Assembly (NCBI GenBank): GCA_022710715.1 | Contig: JAKLGJ010000001.1 | Span: 298,041-362,040, forward strand | Source: Candidatus Omnitrophota bacterium | GTDB taxonomy: Bacteria > Omnitrophota > Gorgyraeia > Gygaellales > Profunditerraquicolaceae | DNA length: 64,000 bases | Direction of reading: 5' to 3' | Notes under the pieces: generated by a model | The model's database searches: none | Seen by the model: the letters and a program-made list of their open reading frames with translations, nothing else | Told to the model about the DNA's origin: nothing | Shown here: positions 1-8,728 of the stretch, one piece after another | Numbering within the stretch: the first letter of the stretch is position 1 | Layout: every line of letters starts with the position of its first letter | Made by a program: the position numbers and the translations under genes

Positions 1-71
1 CCGGCAACGACGGCGGAGAGCAGAAGACAACCGCGCTTTCCACGCAGCAGATCAAACAGGCTACCGCGCAG

Positions 72-2981
72 ATGGTCAGGGCGTATTATTACCGGCTCTT
101 CGGCAGGTTCAACGGTATCGGCCTGATCATCGACGATGATACTGCGGTGGAGCTGGCCAGGTCCATTGTCATTTCCCAGCGCCAGCAGGAGGCGAAAGAT
201 GGTTACGTGGAACCTCCGGCGCAGCAGACCGGATGGTCGCGGGCGTCGAAGGTTGCGCTGGCGCTCGGCGTGCTGGCCGGCGCTGTGGCCGTGGGCAATC
301 TTTTCGAGCACAGCCAGGACGACGGGGTGACCGCGCAGGACCTGGAAGAAGCGCTGTACCTGTTTGGCGAATCGCCCTTTGCCGTATCGGCGCAGCCGAT
401 GGATGACGGCGCCCTGGCATTTGCGCCAGCGGATACCGCGATCCAGGAAGAAGGCAAGCTGCCCATCATCGGCGATATCATCGCATTTTTCGGTTCGTTG
501 ATTGACCCGACCACTTCCATCGAGGCGGTGGGTTCCAACGGCCTGCCCATAACCGTGAGCATGAACAGCACGGTTATTACGGTCGGCGATGTGGGTATGC
601 TGTTTCTTGACCGGGAAACCGGGGTGATCCGTTATACCCGTTATGGTACTATTGCAGGGACCGGCAGCGTTAGGCCCGGAGAGCCGTATTATCAGCAGTA
701 TTACAACGAGATGAGCAAGATGCTGATCTCTTTGAAGACGGGCAATCTGAAGTCCGGAGAATTATCGGTCGGTCAGGAAGAAGACCTGGCCGAGATTATC
801 GGGGAATTCCAGAAATACCACCCGGATTATGCAGGGACCGAATCGTTCACCATCCACTTGTATCATCATGATGACTACATAATGGATGCGCGCAGCATTT
901 CTGTTCACAACGGTGCATATGTTTTGGACAGGCAGACCGGCGAGCTGCACTATATGGATTTTATAACGCGTAAGTCGCTGCAGCCGGAGGATAAAGATTA
1001 CCGCAATAAGATTCAAGAGATGCGCGAGAAACTGTCTGATCTTCGTCTGGGAACACCGGTAAATAAGCATCTCCTGGCGAAAATGGAAGCCGAATTGCAA
1101 GAATATCTGGATTTGGGAGCGGTCAGGGTTACTTCTCCGGGAGGTTTGACTGTCGGAGTGAGCATGAACGTGACCACGATCACCATCGAAGAGGTCAGCC
1201 CGATCTCTCTGGACCGCCGGAACGGAACGATCAGCTACGGGGTGTACTGGACCGGCGAAACGCGCCGGGTAGAGCCGACGGACCAGGATTATCCGCGCTG
1301 GCTGGGCGAAATGACCGGCAGTATCGACAGTATGCTCAAGGCGAACCTGGAGACCATGATCTTGAGTTTCGACGACCAGGCCTTCATGTACAATGTGCTC
1401 GACGAGCTGCGCGGGTACGAGAATAACACTGCACTGTCCGGGGACGGCGGGAGCGAGAAGACGCCGGAGATGCGGGATGTTTACGCCGTGGATATTCCGG
1501 GAAGAGTCAAGGAAGACGCGGATAAGAAGCAGCACAGCGGCAGTTCCGGCGGATCGAGTTCGAGCTCCGGCGAATCGAGCTCCAGCCTGGGCGGCAAGGT
1601 GAATACCGGGGTCGAAGATTTCGACGGCGGGCAGACCAGAGAAGAAGTTCAGGCGCAGAAGCTGGCCGGCGCCGTAAAAGAATACCTGGAAAGCCGGTTC
1701 GCGGCGCTTGCTGCTGATTTTGCCCATCTCGACTGGACGAGCACTCAAGAAGAATTTTTCAGCCGGGTGAAAGATGAATTGAAAGAAAACCTGGGAATTA
1801 TTTCCATCGAGAAAGAAGGCTTTGCGAAATGGCTGCTCTATTCGCGTTACGGCGACAGGATCATCGTGATCATGACTATCGGGGGGATCAGCGTGGAAGT
1901 CGATAAGCTGTATTTGTTCTCCCGGCTGCTGCAAAGAGGTAACGATAAAGATCGTATGACTGCAGTAGAACAGGTGAGAAGTTTCCGGGATGCCCGGGCA
2001 GTGGAACCGTTGATCCAGGCGCTGGGTGATTCGTACGGAATCCGTATGGAAGCGAAGAATGCTTTGTCGGAAATAGGCGCACCGGCTATCACGGGATTGA
2101 TGCGCGCTGTAAACGACGAGAATGAGTATGTGCGCGAATATGCCGCGGTTTTGCTGGGAGCGCTGGATGCCCGGCAGGCGGTGTATCTTCTGTATGAGTT
2201 GCTGAAGGATCAGGATTATAAGGTCAGAGATGCGGCGCTTTCAACCCTGGTTCTTTTCAACGCGTCCTTGTCCGGAGAACAGCTGTCGGATCTGCTTATT
2301 CGTGAAAAACATCCCAATGATAGGATCAAGTATCTTCTCTACCAGTTGCTGGAAGAAAGTCAGCTCGATGTCTGGATCGCCGGTCTGCAAGGGCCGTCTT
2401 ACGAACTGATGGAGTTGTCGGCGAAAGCTCTGGGTGCTTTGAAGAATGCCCGGGCCATACCGGCTTTGCTCAAGGCGTATGATAAGAACGTCGGCTGGCC
2501 ACAGAAATGGATCGAAGACGCCATAAGCGTCATTGCGAAAGCCAATCCGGATTTCGACCTGGCTAAAGCCAAAGAAGAATACCAAGCCGGCCGCGGGCAG
2601 GACGGAGGAAAGTCGCCGCAAGGGAGCATTCAAACCGCAGCTCCGGAAGATCTCGGAGGTATCGATCTGCGCGCTCTGCCCTTGAACGCTCAACCTGTGC
2701 CTGCAGCGGCAGCGATTGCCGGTTCCCTGATCGCGCCCGCGCAGGTTTCTTTGCAGGACCTGGATAAACAATGGCTTAACATTCAGCGGAAGCTGGCGCA
2801 GGGCCCGATGCCGTATCAGGAGATCAAAGCCTATGTCGCCGCCTGCTGTTCGCAGCAGGAATGCCGCGTGCAGAAGGAAGCGGTGTGCCAGTGGCTGGCG
2901 GATATCCTCAAGCTGGAAGAAGAGGCCGCTGTTTCTACGTCTGTTGAACTGAAAGAGATCCTGGCGCTGGCAGTTTCATAA
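72..2981 (+). CDS. Large (969 aa or more) protein of unknown function. It has two paralogous ~170-aa N-terminal modules, a Ser/Gly-rich linker, an acidic coiled region and C-terminal PBS-lyase-type HEAT repeats. The frame is open back to nt 3, so the gene may be 5'-truncated by the window edge.
   Basis: Long ORF. Repeated motif GLPITVSMNSTVITVGDV...RYTRYGT versus GGLTVGVSMNVTTITIEEV...SYGVYWTG. Low-complexity SGSSGGSSSSSGESSSS segment. HEAT-like repeats (VEPLIQALGDS..., VREYAAVLLGALD..., KVRDAALSTL...). No in-frame stop between nt 3 and the ATG at 72. Confidence 0.5.
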   Translation: MVRAYYYRLFGRFNGIGLIIDDDTAVELARSIVISQRQQEAKDGYVEPPAQQTGWSRASKVALALGVLAGAVAVGNLFEHSQDDGVTAQDLEEALYLFGESPFAVSAQPMDDGALAFAPADTAIQEEGKLPIIGDIIAFFGSLIDPTTSIEAVGSNGLPITVSMNSTVITVGDVGMLFLDRETGVIRYTRYGTIAGTGSVRPGEPYYQQYYNEMSKMLISLKTGNLKSGELSVGQEEDLAEIIGEFQKYHPDYAGTESFTIHLYHHDDYIMDARSISVHNGAYVLDRQTGELHYMDFITRKSLQPEDKDYRNKIQEMREKLSDLRLGTPVNKHLLAKMEAELQEYLDLGAVRVTSPGGLTVGVSMNVTTITIEEVSPISLDRRNGTISYGVYWTGETRRVEPTDQDYPRWLGEMTGSIDSMLKANLETMILSFDDQAFMYNVLDELRGYENNTALSGDGGSEKTPEMRDVYAVDIPGRVKEDADKKQHSGSSGGSSSSSGESSSSLGGKVNTGVEDFDGGQTREEVQAQKLAGAVKEYLESRFAALAADFAHLDWTSTQEEFFSRVKDELKENLGIISIEKEGFAKWLLYSRYGDRIIVIMTIGGISVEVDKLYLFSRLLQRGNDKDRMTAVEQVRSFRDARAVEPLIQALGDSYGIRMEAKNALSEIGAPAITGLMRAVNDENEYVREYAAVLLGALDARQAVYLLYELLKDQDYKVRDAALSTLVLFNASLSGEQLSDLLIREKHPNDRIKYLLYQLLEESQLDVWIAGLQGPSYELMELSAKALGALKNARAIPALLKAYDKNVGWPQKWIEDAISVIAKANPDFDLAKAKEEYQAGRGQDGGKSPQGSIQTAAPEDLGGIDLRALPLNAQPVPAAAAIAGSLIAPAQVSLQDLDKQWLNIQRKLAQGPMPYQEIKAYVAACCSQQECRVQKEAVCQWLADILKLEEEAAVSTSVELKEILALAVS

Positions 2982-2982
2982 A

Positions 2983-3062
2983 GGGGACACAGCATTTTGC
3001 AAAGGGGACAGATCTGCCCGATTTTCTCGACGGAGGGTTTTGGGTGGACCTGTCCCCTTTTA
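2983..3062 (-). repeat. GGGGACA-family ~80-nt intergenic repeat, copy A (reverse orientation), immediately after the stop of the 969-aa ORF
   Basis: The reverse complement matches the consensus AGGGGACAGGTCCACCCAAAAC..CTCCGTCGA.AAAATCG.CAGATGTGTCCCCTTTG.AAA.TGCTGTGTCCCCTT seen at five other sites in this window. Confidence 0.7.
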
Positions 3063-3075
3063 GCTCCCTTTTAGC

Positions 3076-3104
3076 TTGAAAAGCGTTGCCCGGCGGTTTA
3101 TAAT
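3076..3104 (+). promoter_or_regulatory. Sigma-70-type promoter (TTGAAA-N17-TATAAT) whose -10 ends 6 nt before the ATG at 3111, which suggests a leaderless mRNA
   Basis: TTGAAA at 3076-3081, a 17-nt spacer, TATAAT at 3099-3104. No Shine-Dalgarno sequence fits between the -10 and the start codon. Confidence 0.45.
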
Positions 3105-3110
3105 AGAAGG

Positions 3111-4202
3111 ATGAAGAAACTGCCGGGTTTGCTTTTTTTATGCGCTCTGTGCCTTGCTTCTGTGATCGTACCGGTTGCCGCAGCGGAGAATCCTGCCCGG
3201 GAAGCCTCCTTCTACGAGAAACTCTCCAATAACCAGGTGCAGTGCCATCTCTGTCCGTGGGAGTGCGTACTTTCTTCCGGAAAGCGCGGGATCTGCGGGG
3301 TGCGCGAGAACCGCACGGGTACCCTGTACAGCCTTTCTTACGGCCAGCCGGTGTCCCTGCATATCGATCCCATCGAGAAAAAACCCCTGTTCCATTTCCT
3401 GCCCGGCGCAAACGCTTTTTCCATCGCTACTGCCGGCTGTAACCTTAAATGCGGATTCTGTCAGAACTGGGAGATTTCCCAGGCCAGGCCCGAGGAGATC
3501 GTCAGCCAGACCATTCTGCCGTCGGAGCTGGTGGATAAAGTCCAGGCTTCCGGCGCGTATGTCCTGGCGTATACGTATACCGAGCCGACCGTATTCTATG
3601 AATATATGCTGGAGATCGCCGCTCTGGCCAAAGGCCGGGGGATCAGGAATGTGATGCATTCCAACGGCTTTATCCAGGTCTCACCCCTGGAGCAGTTAAC
3701 CCGGTATCTGGATGCCGCGAATATCGATCTTAAAGGTTTCTCCGAGGATTATTACAAGCGCACCTGCCAGGGGCGGCTGGCCCCGGTGCTGGAAAGTTTA
3801 AAAGTTCTAAGGCGTAAGGGAGTGCATCTGGAGATCACCAATCTGGTCTTGCCCGGGTATAACGACGATCCGGCGCAGATTACCCGGATGTGTTTATGGA
3901 TCAAAGAGAACCTGGGCGCGGAGACGCCGGTGCACTTCTCCCGTTTCCATCCCATGTATAAACTTATCGCATTGCAGCCCACGCCGGTGCAAACCCTGGA
4001 GAGAGCCCGGCAGATCGCCATGGATTGCGGTCTGAAGTATGTTTATATCGGCAATGTGCCGGGGCATCCCGCGGAAAATACCTATTGCCCGCGTTGCAGG
4101 AAAAAAGTGATCGAGCGCGCCGGTTATATTGTTTCGGCCGTGCATCTGAAGGCGGGAGCGTGCTCTTTCTGCAATGAACCGATCGAGGGGGTGTGGGAAT
4201 GA
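3111..4202 (+). CDS. AmmeMemoRadiSam-system radical SAM enzyme (PFL-activase-like). It carries an unusual N-terminal Sec-signal-like hydrophobic extension.
   Basis: N-terminal Cys motif CHLCPWEC...GKRGICGVREN. Radical SAM CxxxCxxC motif (AGCNLKCGFCQNWEIS). Family-typical FYEKL start region, preceded by MKKLPGLLFLCALCLASVIVPVAAA. Confidence 0.75.
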   Translation: MKKLPGLLFLCALCLASVIVPVAAAENPAREASFYEKLSNNQVQCHLCPWECVLSSGKRGICGVRENRTGTLYSLSYGQPVSLHIDPIEKKPLFHFLPGANAFSIATAGCNLKCGFCQNWEISQARPEEIVSQTILPSELVDKVQASGAYVLAYTYTEPTVFYEYMLEIAALAKGRGIRNVMHSNGFIQVSPLEQLTRYLDAANIDLKGFSEDYYKRTCQGRLAPVLESLKVLRRKGVHLEITNLVLPGYNDDPAQITRMCLWIKENLGAETPVHFSRFHPMYKLIALQPTPVQTLERARQIAMDCGLKYVYIGNVPGHPAENTYCPRCRKKVIERAGYIVSAVHLKAGACSFCNEPIEGVWE

Positions 4203-5668
4203 AGATCTGGAGAGCGGTGGCCGCGCTGATGCTGGTTGCGCAGGCGCCCGCGTTCGCCGCAGGCACGCAGGAGCATGTTAAATTTCCGGACGCCGCCGGG
4301 ACTTTTTATGCGTCCGATCCGGTGGAGTTGTCCGCAAGTATCGAGACGTATCTGACTAAAGCCGAAACAGTGTCTTTGCCGGGGCCGATCTTTGCCGTCA
4401 TCGTTCCGCACGCCGGGTATCCGTTCTCCGGGCAGGTAGCCGCGCAGGCCTACAAGCAGCTTCTTTCCCGGTCGTATAAAACCGTGGTGATCCTGGCCTC
4501 AACCCATACCGAGGGGTTCCAGGGGATAGCGGTGTATCCGCGGGGTCTTTTCCGCACTCCGCTGGGGGATATTCCCGTGGATCAGGAATTCGCGCTGCAG
4601 TTGATGTCCAGGCATAAAGAGATCTTCGCCGATGAGCGACTGTTCGACCGGCAGCATCCGATCGAGGTACAGCTGCCTTTCTTGCAGAAGACATTGAACG
4701 ATTTCCGGATCGTGCCACTGGTCATGGGGGATGTCAGCCGGGCTTCCTGCACGTACCTGGCGGAATCTCTGGCGGAGGTTATCGGCAAACGCAACGACGT
4801 GTTGCTTGTCGCCTCCTCCGATATGTATCACGGTTATTCCATTCCCGACGCGCAGCGTATCGACCGGGTAACGTTGTCTTATCTCGAGAAGATGGACGCG
4901 GCGGGCGTATTTCAGGCTTTGTCCGAAGGAAAAGCGCAGTTGTGCGGCGGGTTACCGGTGTATGTGACGCTGTTAACCGCGAAGAATGCGGGGCATAACC
5001 TGCTGCGGGTCCTGGATCATACGAATTCCGCGCAGGTAACCGGCCGTACTGCCGACGGAGAGTGGACTGTCGGGTACAGCAGCTCGGTTATCGATCAGCC
5101 AAAACAAGAGGGAGCCATGTTCAACCGAACACAGAGAAAGAGATTGCTGCAGATCGCCCGGACTTCCATCGAAGCGTATTTGAAAAACGGCAAGCCGATG
5201 GAGGTAAGCGAGAAAGATGCGTTATTGAATCAGACTATGGGTGCGTTCGTCACCTTGCATGAACACGGAGAGCTGCGCGGATGCATCGGCACGATGGTCG
5301 GCAGGCAGCCGTTGTATCTGACCGTCAGAGATATGGCTATCGAAGCGGCTGTAGGCGATCCGCGTTTTTCTCCTCTAAGGCCGGCGGAACTTAAAAATGT
5401 GGAGATCGAGATCTCCGCGTTATCGCCTCTGGAGAAAGTTAAATCCGCCGACGATATCGTCATGGGTAAACACGGGGTGATCCTGAAGAGAGGATTCAGC
5501 AGCGGGGTATTCCTTCCCCAGGTTGCCACGGAGACCGGCTGGACCAGGGAACAATTCCTCTCGCAATTGTGCGCCCAGAAGGCCGGATTGGCCGCGGACG
5601 CTTGGAAGGACCCGGCTACCGAACTGTATGTTTTTACCGCCGAAGTCTTCTCGGAGAAGGAAGAGTAA
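4199..5668 (+). CDS. Fusion of a MEMO1-family protein (AmmeMemoRadiSam protein B) and an AMMECR1 domain (protein A), with an N-terminal signal-peptide-like segment. The start overlaps the upstream stop as ATGA.
   Basis: N-half: GTFYASDP...VIVPHAGYPFSGQVAAQAYK (MEMO1 hallmark). C-half: LHEHGELRGCIGTMVG...PRFSPL (AMMECR1 hallmark). N-terminus MKIWRAVAALMLVAQAPAFAAG looks like a Sec signal. The ATG at 4199-4201 overlaps the TGA at 4200-4202. Confidence 0.75.
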   Translation: MKIWRAVAALMLVAQAPAFAAGTQEHVKFPDAAGTFYASDPVELSASIETYLTKAETVSLPGPIFAVIVPHAGYPFSGQVAAQAYKQLLSRSYKTVVILASTHTEGFQGIAVYPRGLFRTPLGDIPVDQEFALQLMSRHKEIFADERLFDRQHPIEVQLPFLQKTLNDFRIVPLVMGDVSRASCTYLAESLAEVIGKRNDVLLVASSDMYHGYSIPDAQRIDRVTLSYLEKMDAAGVFQALSEGKAQLCGGLPVYVTLLTAKNAGHNLLRVLDHTNSAQVTGRTADGEWTVGYSSSVIDQPKQEGAMFNRTQRKRLLQIARTSIEAYLKNGKPMEVSEKDALLNQTMGAFVTLHEHGELRGCIGTMVGRQPLYLTVRDMAIEAAVGDPRFSPLRPAELKNVEIEISALSPLEKVKSADDIVMGKHGVILKRGFSSGVFLPQVATETGWTREQFLSQLCAQKAGLAADAWKDPATELYVFTAEVFSEKEE

Positions 5669-5674
5669 GCCGGT

Positions 5675-6319
5675 ATGATCAGGACACTGGCGGGAATGTT
5701 CGTTACGGGGGTGCTTTTCTCCAGCGGGCCGTGTCTGTTGAGTTGCGGCCCGGCGGTAGTTTGTTATTGCGCGGGAGCGCGCACCACCACGCGTTCCGGG
5801 ATTATCGGGTATGTTCTGTTTTGCCTGGCCCGCAGCGGGGTGTATTGTCTTTTGAGCCTGGCAGTGTTCTTTTTAGGCGAACTGGCCGCGCGAAATTCGC
5901 TATCGGCCGTCAGCCGGTATGTTTATCCCGTTGCCGGGGCCGGATTGATCGTCCTGGGCGCGCTGATGGCAGTGCAGCGTTTTAAAGCGCGCGGCGCGGC
6001 GAAAGAGCCGATCCGCGCTCGAGACGCGACGAATCTGTTCCTGCTGGGCTGTGTCTACGCGGCGGTTCCCTGTGCTCCTTTCTGGGCGCTGCTTTCGTAT
6101 ATCGGGTTGTATTCCCGCACCTGGGTGGATACGCTGGGTTATACGCTGGCTTTTGCCGCGGGCACATTTATCTCGCCTTTGCTGCTGGCGGTGATACTTT
6201 CCGCGCGCGCTAACGCCCTGTGGCAGGATAAGCGCCGCAAACTGCAGATGGTAATGAGCGCGGCCAGCGGGCTGGTGATGATCATTCTGGGTATCGATTT
6301 CATACGGAGGGCATTCTGA
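5675..6319 (+). CDS. Polytopic membrane protein with Cys-rich TM1 (GPCLLSCGP), possibly a CcdA/DsbD-like thiol-disulfide transporter
   Basis: About 6 predicted hydrophobic helices. Paired Cys in the first helix and conserved Cys later (VPCAPFW). Placed 7 nt after the AmmeMemo fusion gene. Confidence 0.3.
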   Translation: MIRTLAGMFVTGVLFSSGPCLLSCGPAVVCYCAGARTTTRSGIIGYVLFCLARSGVYCLLSLAVFFLGELAARNSLSAVSRYVYPVAGAGLIVLGALMAVQRFKARGAAKEPIRARDATNLFLLGCVYAAVPCAPFWALLSYIGLYSRTWVDTLGYTLAFAAGTFISPLLLAVILSARANALWQDKRRKLQMVMSAASGLVMIILGIDFIRRAF

Positions 6320-7074
6320 TGCACAGATTTTTTTGCGCGGACAGCGATATCGGCGAGGGTTTGATCCATATCCGGGATCGTCAGCAATTGCACCATATTA
6401 AAGACGTGTTGCGGCTCAAAGAAGGCAAATCCGTGACGGTGTGCGATACCGCGGGGAATGAATATGCTGCGACGATCAAAAGCGTGTCCGCGCAGGAGAT
6501 CGTATGCGCGATTAAAAGTAAACGCGCGCGCAGCGCACAGGATCAGGCGTTGATCGCGGTAGCCTGCGCTATCCCCAAACAGTCGCGCATGGACGATATG
6601 ATCGATAAGCTTACCCAGCTGGGCGTTGACAGTATCATGCCCTTGATCACGCACCGGGTGATCGTTAAACTTGACGCTGCCAAGAAACTTGAGCGCCAGG
6701 CTCGCTGGCAGAAGATCGCCGCCAGCGCCAGCAAGCAGAGCCAGAGGACTATTGTCCCGGTGGTGGAAGAAATAATGTCGTTCGACGAAATGCTGGCTGC
6801 CAGCGCCGGGTTCGAGCTCAAGCTTATCCCGACGCTCGACGGAAGTCGGGTGCTTTTGCAGGAAGCGCTGCGCCAGGGGGGCGTCTGTTCGCGCAGCGTG
6901 ATCGTCGCTATCGGCCCGGAAGGGGATTTCACTCCTGAAGAGGTCGAACGCGCTTTACAGGCGGGGTTCCAGCCGGTAAGTTTCGGCACGCAGGTGCTGC
7001 GGGTGGAGACCGCCGCGGTCTATGCGGCCAGCGTGCTGGGGTATGTGTTTCGCGGCCAGGGCAGGGGCGTGTAA
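6319..7074 (+). CDS. rsmE: 16S rRNA (uracil1498-N3)-methyltransferase RsmE
   Basis: The overall sequence pattern is typical of the RsmE family (PUA-like N-terminus, SPOUT C-terminus with GPEGDFTPEE). Confidence 0.75.
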   Translation: MHRFFCADSDIGEGLIHIRDRQQLHHIKDVLRLKEGKSVTVCDTAGNEYAATIKSVSAQEIVCAIKSKRARSAQDQALIAVACAIPKQSRMDDMIDKLTQLGVDSIMPLITHRVIVKLDAAKKLERQARWQKIAASASKQSQRTIVPVVEEIMSFDEMLAASAGFELKLIPTLDGSRVLLQEALRQGGVCSRSVIVAIGPEGDFTPEEVERALQAGFQPVSFGTQVLRVETAAVYAASVLGYVFRGQGRGV

Positions 7075-7077
7075 ACG

Positions 7078-8346
7078 ATGAAAGTCAAATTCCACACCCT
7101 CGGCTGCAAGGTGAACCAGTACGAAACCCAGCGCATCCGGGAAGCGTTCCTCGCCCGGGGACTGACCGAAGCTTCCGCCGCGGATAAAGCGGATATCTAT
7201 ATCGTCAATACCTGCACGGTTACCCATAAAGCCGATCGCGAATCGTTATACTGGATCCATCGCAGTCACCGGGAGAATCCCGGAGCTCCGATCATCGTGA
7301 CCGGATGCATGGCCGCTTTCGATCTGAAGCTGCTCAAGGCGCAGGCCGGGGTGCGCTGCGTGGTGGGAAATGAGCGCAAGCTTGAGTTGCCGGATATCTG
7401 CCGCCGGTTTTTGCCGGCATCGCGCCGTAAGCGGGCTGCCGCGATTGGGCCGCCGCCTGCCGGGATCAGCTTTTTCGAAGGGCACACCCGGGCTTTTCTC
7501 AAGATCCAGGACGGTTGCAATAATCGCTGCAGCTACTGCAAGGTGGCTTTGGTCCGGGGAGCCTCGCGCAGCCGGTCGCAGGACGAGATCGTCGACGAAG
7601 CGCGGCAATTGGTCGCGCATGGTTTCCGGGAGATCGTGCTCACCGGGATATGTCTGGGCGCGTACGGCCGGGATGTACAGCCGAAGCAGGATCTCGCCAG
7701 TTTGATCGGCGCGCTGGAAACGCTTCCCGGCCTGGAACGCGTCAGGTTGAGCTCTATCGAAGCCGGGGATGTCACTCCGGGCTTGATCGCGGCGCTGGCG
7801 GGTTCGCGCGTTATGTGCCGGCACCTGCATATTCCTATCCAGAGCGGAGACGATCAGATCCTCAAAGCGATGCGGCGCAGATATACTGCCGCCGATTACG
7901 CCCGGTTGATCCGCAGGATCAGAAAGGCTGTTCCCGGTGTCGCCATCACCACCGATGTGCTGGTGGGATTTCCCGGGGAAGAAGAACGGCATTTTCAGAA
8001 TACCCTTAAACTGGTTCGCGCGATCAAACCTTCCGGCGTGCATATTTTTCCTTACAGCCCGCGTCCGGGCACCGCGGCGTTCGGCTTGAAAGAGCCTTGG
8101 GCCGGCGCGCAGACGGTAAAAGAAAGAATGCGCCGGCTGGAAGCAGCGGCTGAAAAGCTGCGCGTAGCTTACCGGAAGAAATTCCTCGGTCGCACAGTTG
8201 CGGTTTTGTTCGAATCCCGCCTTAAAGAAGACCCGCAATGCTGGGAGGGTCATACCGACACGTACCTGAAGGTGCGCCTGCGCAGCCGCAGGAACCTGGA
8301 GAACCGCACCCTGCAGGTCAGATTGACCCGGGATTGCATTGGTTAA
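7078..8346 (+). CDS. mtaB: tRNA methylthiotransferase of the MiaB/MtaB family (MtaB-like, no obvious TRAM extension)
   Basis: N-terminal MTTase domain (FHTLGCKVNQYET). Radical SAM motif CNNRCSYC. Confidence 0.7.
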   Translation: MKVKFHTLGCKVNQYETQRIREAFLARGLTEASAADKADIYIVNTCTVTHKADRESLYWIHRSHRENPGAPIIVTGCMAAFDLKLLKAQAGVRCVVGNERKLELPDICRRFLPASRRKRAAAIGPPPAGISFFEGHTRAFLKIQDGCNNRCSYCKVALVRGASRSRSQDEIVDEARQLVAHGFREIVLTGICLGAYGRDVQPKQDLASLIGALETLPGLERVRLSSIEAGDVTPGLIAALAGSRVMCRHLHIPIQSGDDQILKAMRRRYTAADYARLIRRIRKAVPGVAITTDVLVGFPGEEERHFQNTLKLVRAIKPSGVHIFPYSPRPGTAAFGLKEPWAGAQTVKERMRRLEAAAEKLRVAYRKKFLGRTVAVLFESRLKEDPQCWEGHTDTYLKVRLRSRRNLENRTLQVRLTRDCIG

Positions 8347-8347
8347 A

Positions 8348-8407
8348 GGGGACGTTCCCCAAGGTACCACCCCTGTGACCAGGGGTGGTACCTTGGGGAA
8401 CGTCCCC
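8348..8407 (+). repeat. REP palindrome pair (BIME-like): GGGGACGTTCCCCAAGGTACCACCCCTG, a 5-nt loop, and its reverse complement
   Basis: A perfect ~28-nt inverted repeat immediately after the mtaB stop. The same unit occurs at 29009, 29736 and 32589. Confidence 0.8.
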
Positions 8408-8564
8408 ATAAGAGACTTGACACCGGGTAGAAAGAGTGTTAGACTAAACTGTTGCAAAATCCGTTATTTCCATTTATGCGCGGCTGGGGAATGTTCATAG
8501 CCGCCGCTTTATCTTTATGCCCTGCCATAAACGGCAGGTTACAGGCCCGAAGGGAGTGATTAAT

Positions 8565-8726
8565 TTGCCTAAAGTTGAAATCAGAGAAGGAGACTCGTTT
8601 GAATCGGCTATGCGCAGGTTCAAAAAGCAGATCGAACAGGAAGGAATTCTGCGGGAAGTAAGAGACCGCAAGCATTATCAGAAGCCCAGCGAGAAGAAGC
8701 GAAAGAAGATGCGTGAAAGAAGATAA
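8565..8726 (+). CDS. rpsU: 30S ribosomal protein S21
   Basis: The TTG start is preceded by GGGAGTGA. The product is [48 protein letters not shown]. The ORF track begins at an upstream in-frame ATG (8517), which would add a non-conserved N-terminus. Confidence 0.8.
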   Translation: MPKVEIREGDSFESAMRRFKKQIEQEGILREVRDRKHYQKPSEKKRKKMRERR

Positions 8727-8728
8727 CC

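Noticed and set aside
762-1934. Long reverse-strand ORFs (for example 762..1934, 13570..14991, 33371..34957, 20760..22061, 24165..25352) lying entirely inside well-supported + strand genes
   Set aside because: High-GC antisense shadow ORFs. Their products are low-complexity Arg/Pro/Gly-rich with no motifs, and the sense-strand genes (HEAT protein, accC, dnaE, ATPase, HD-GYP) carry clear family signatures.
3138-3659. Alternative internal GTG start (VIVPVAAA...) that would remove the signal-peptide-like N-terminus of the radical SAM enzyme
   Set aside because: No RBS precedes it. A near-consensus promoter sits immediately upstream of the ATG at 3111 and argues for leaderless initiation there. 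The unusual N-terminus is kept as a finding instead.
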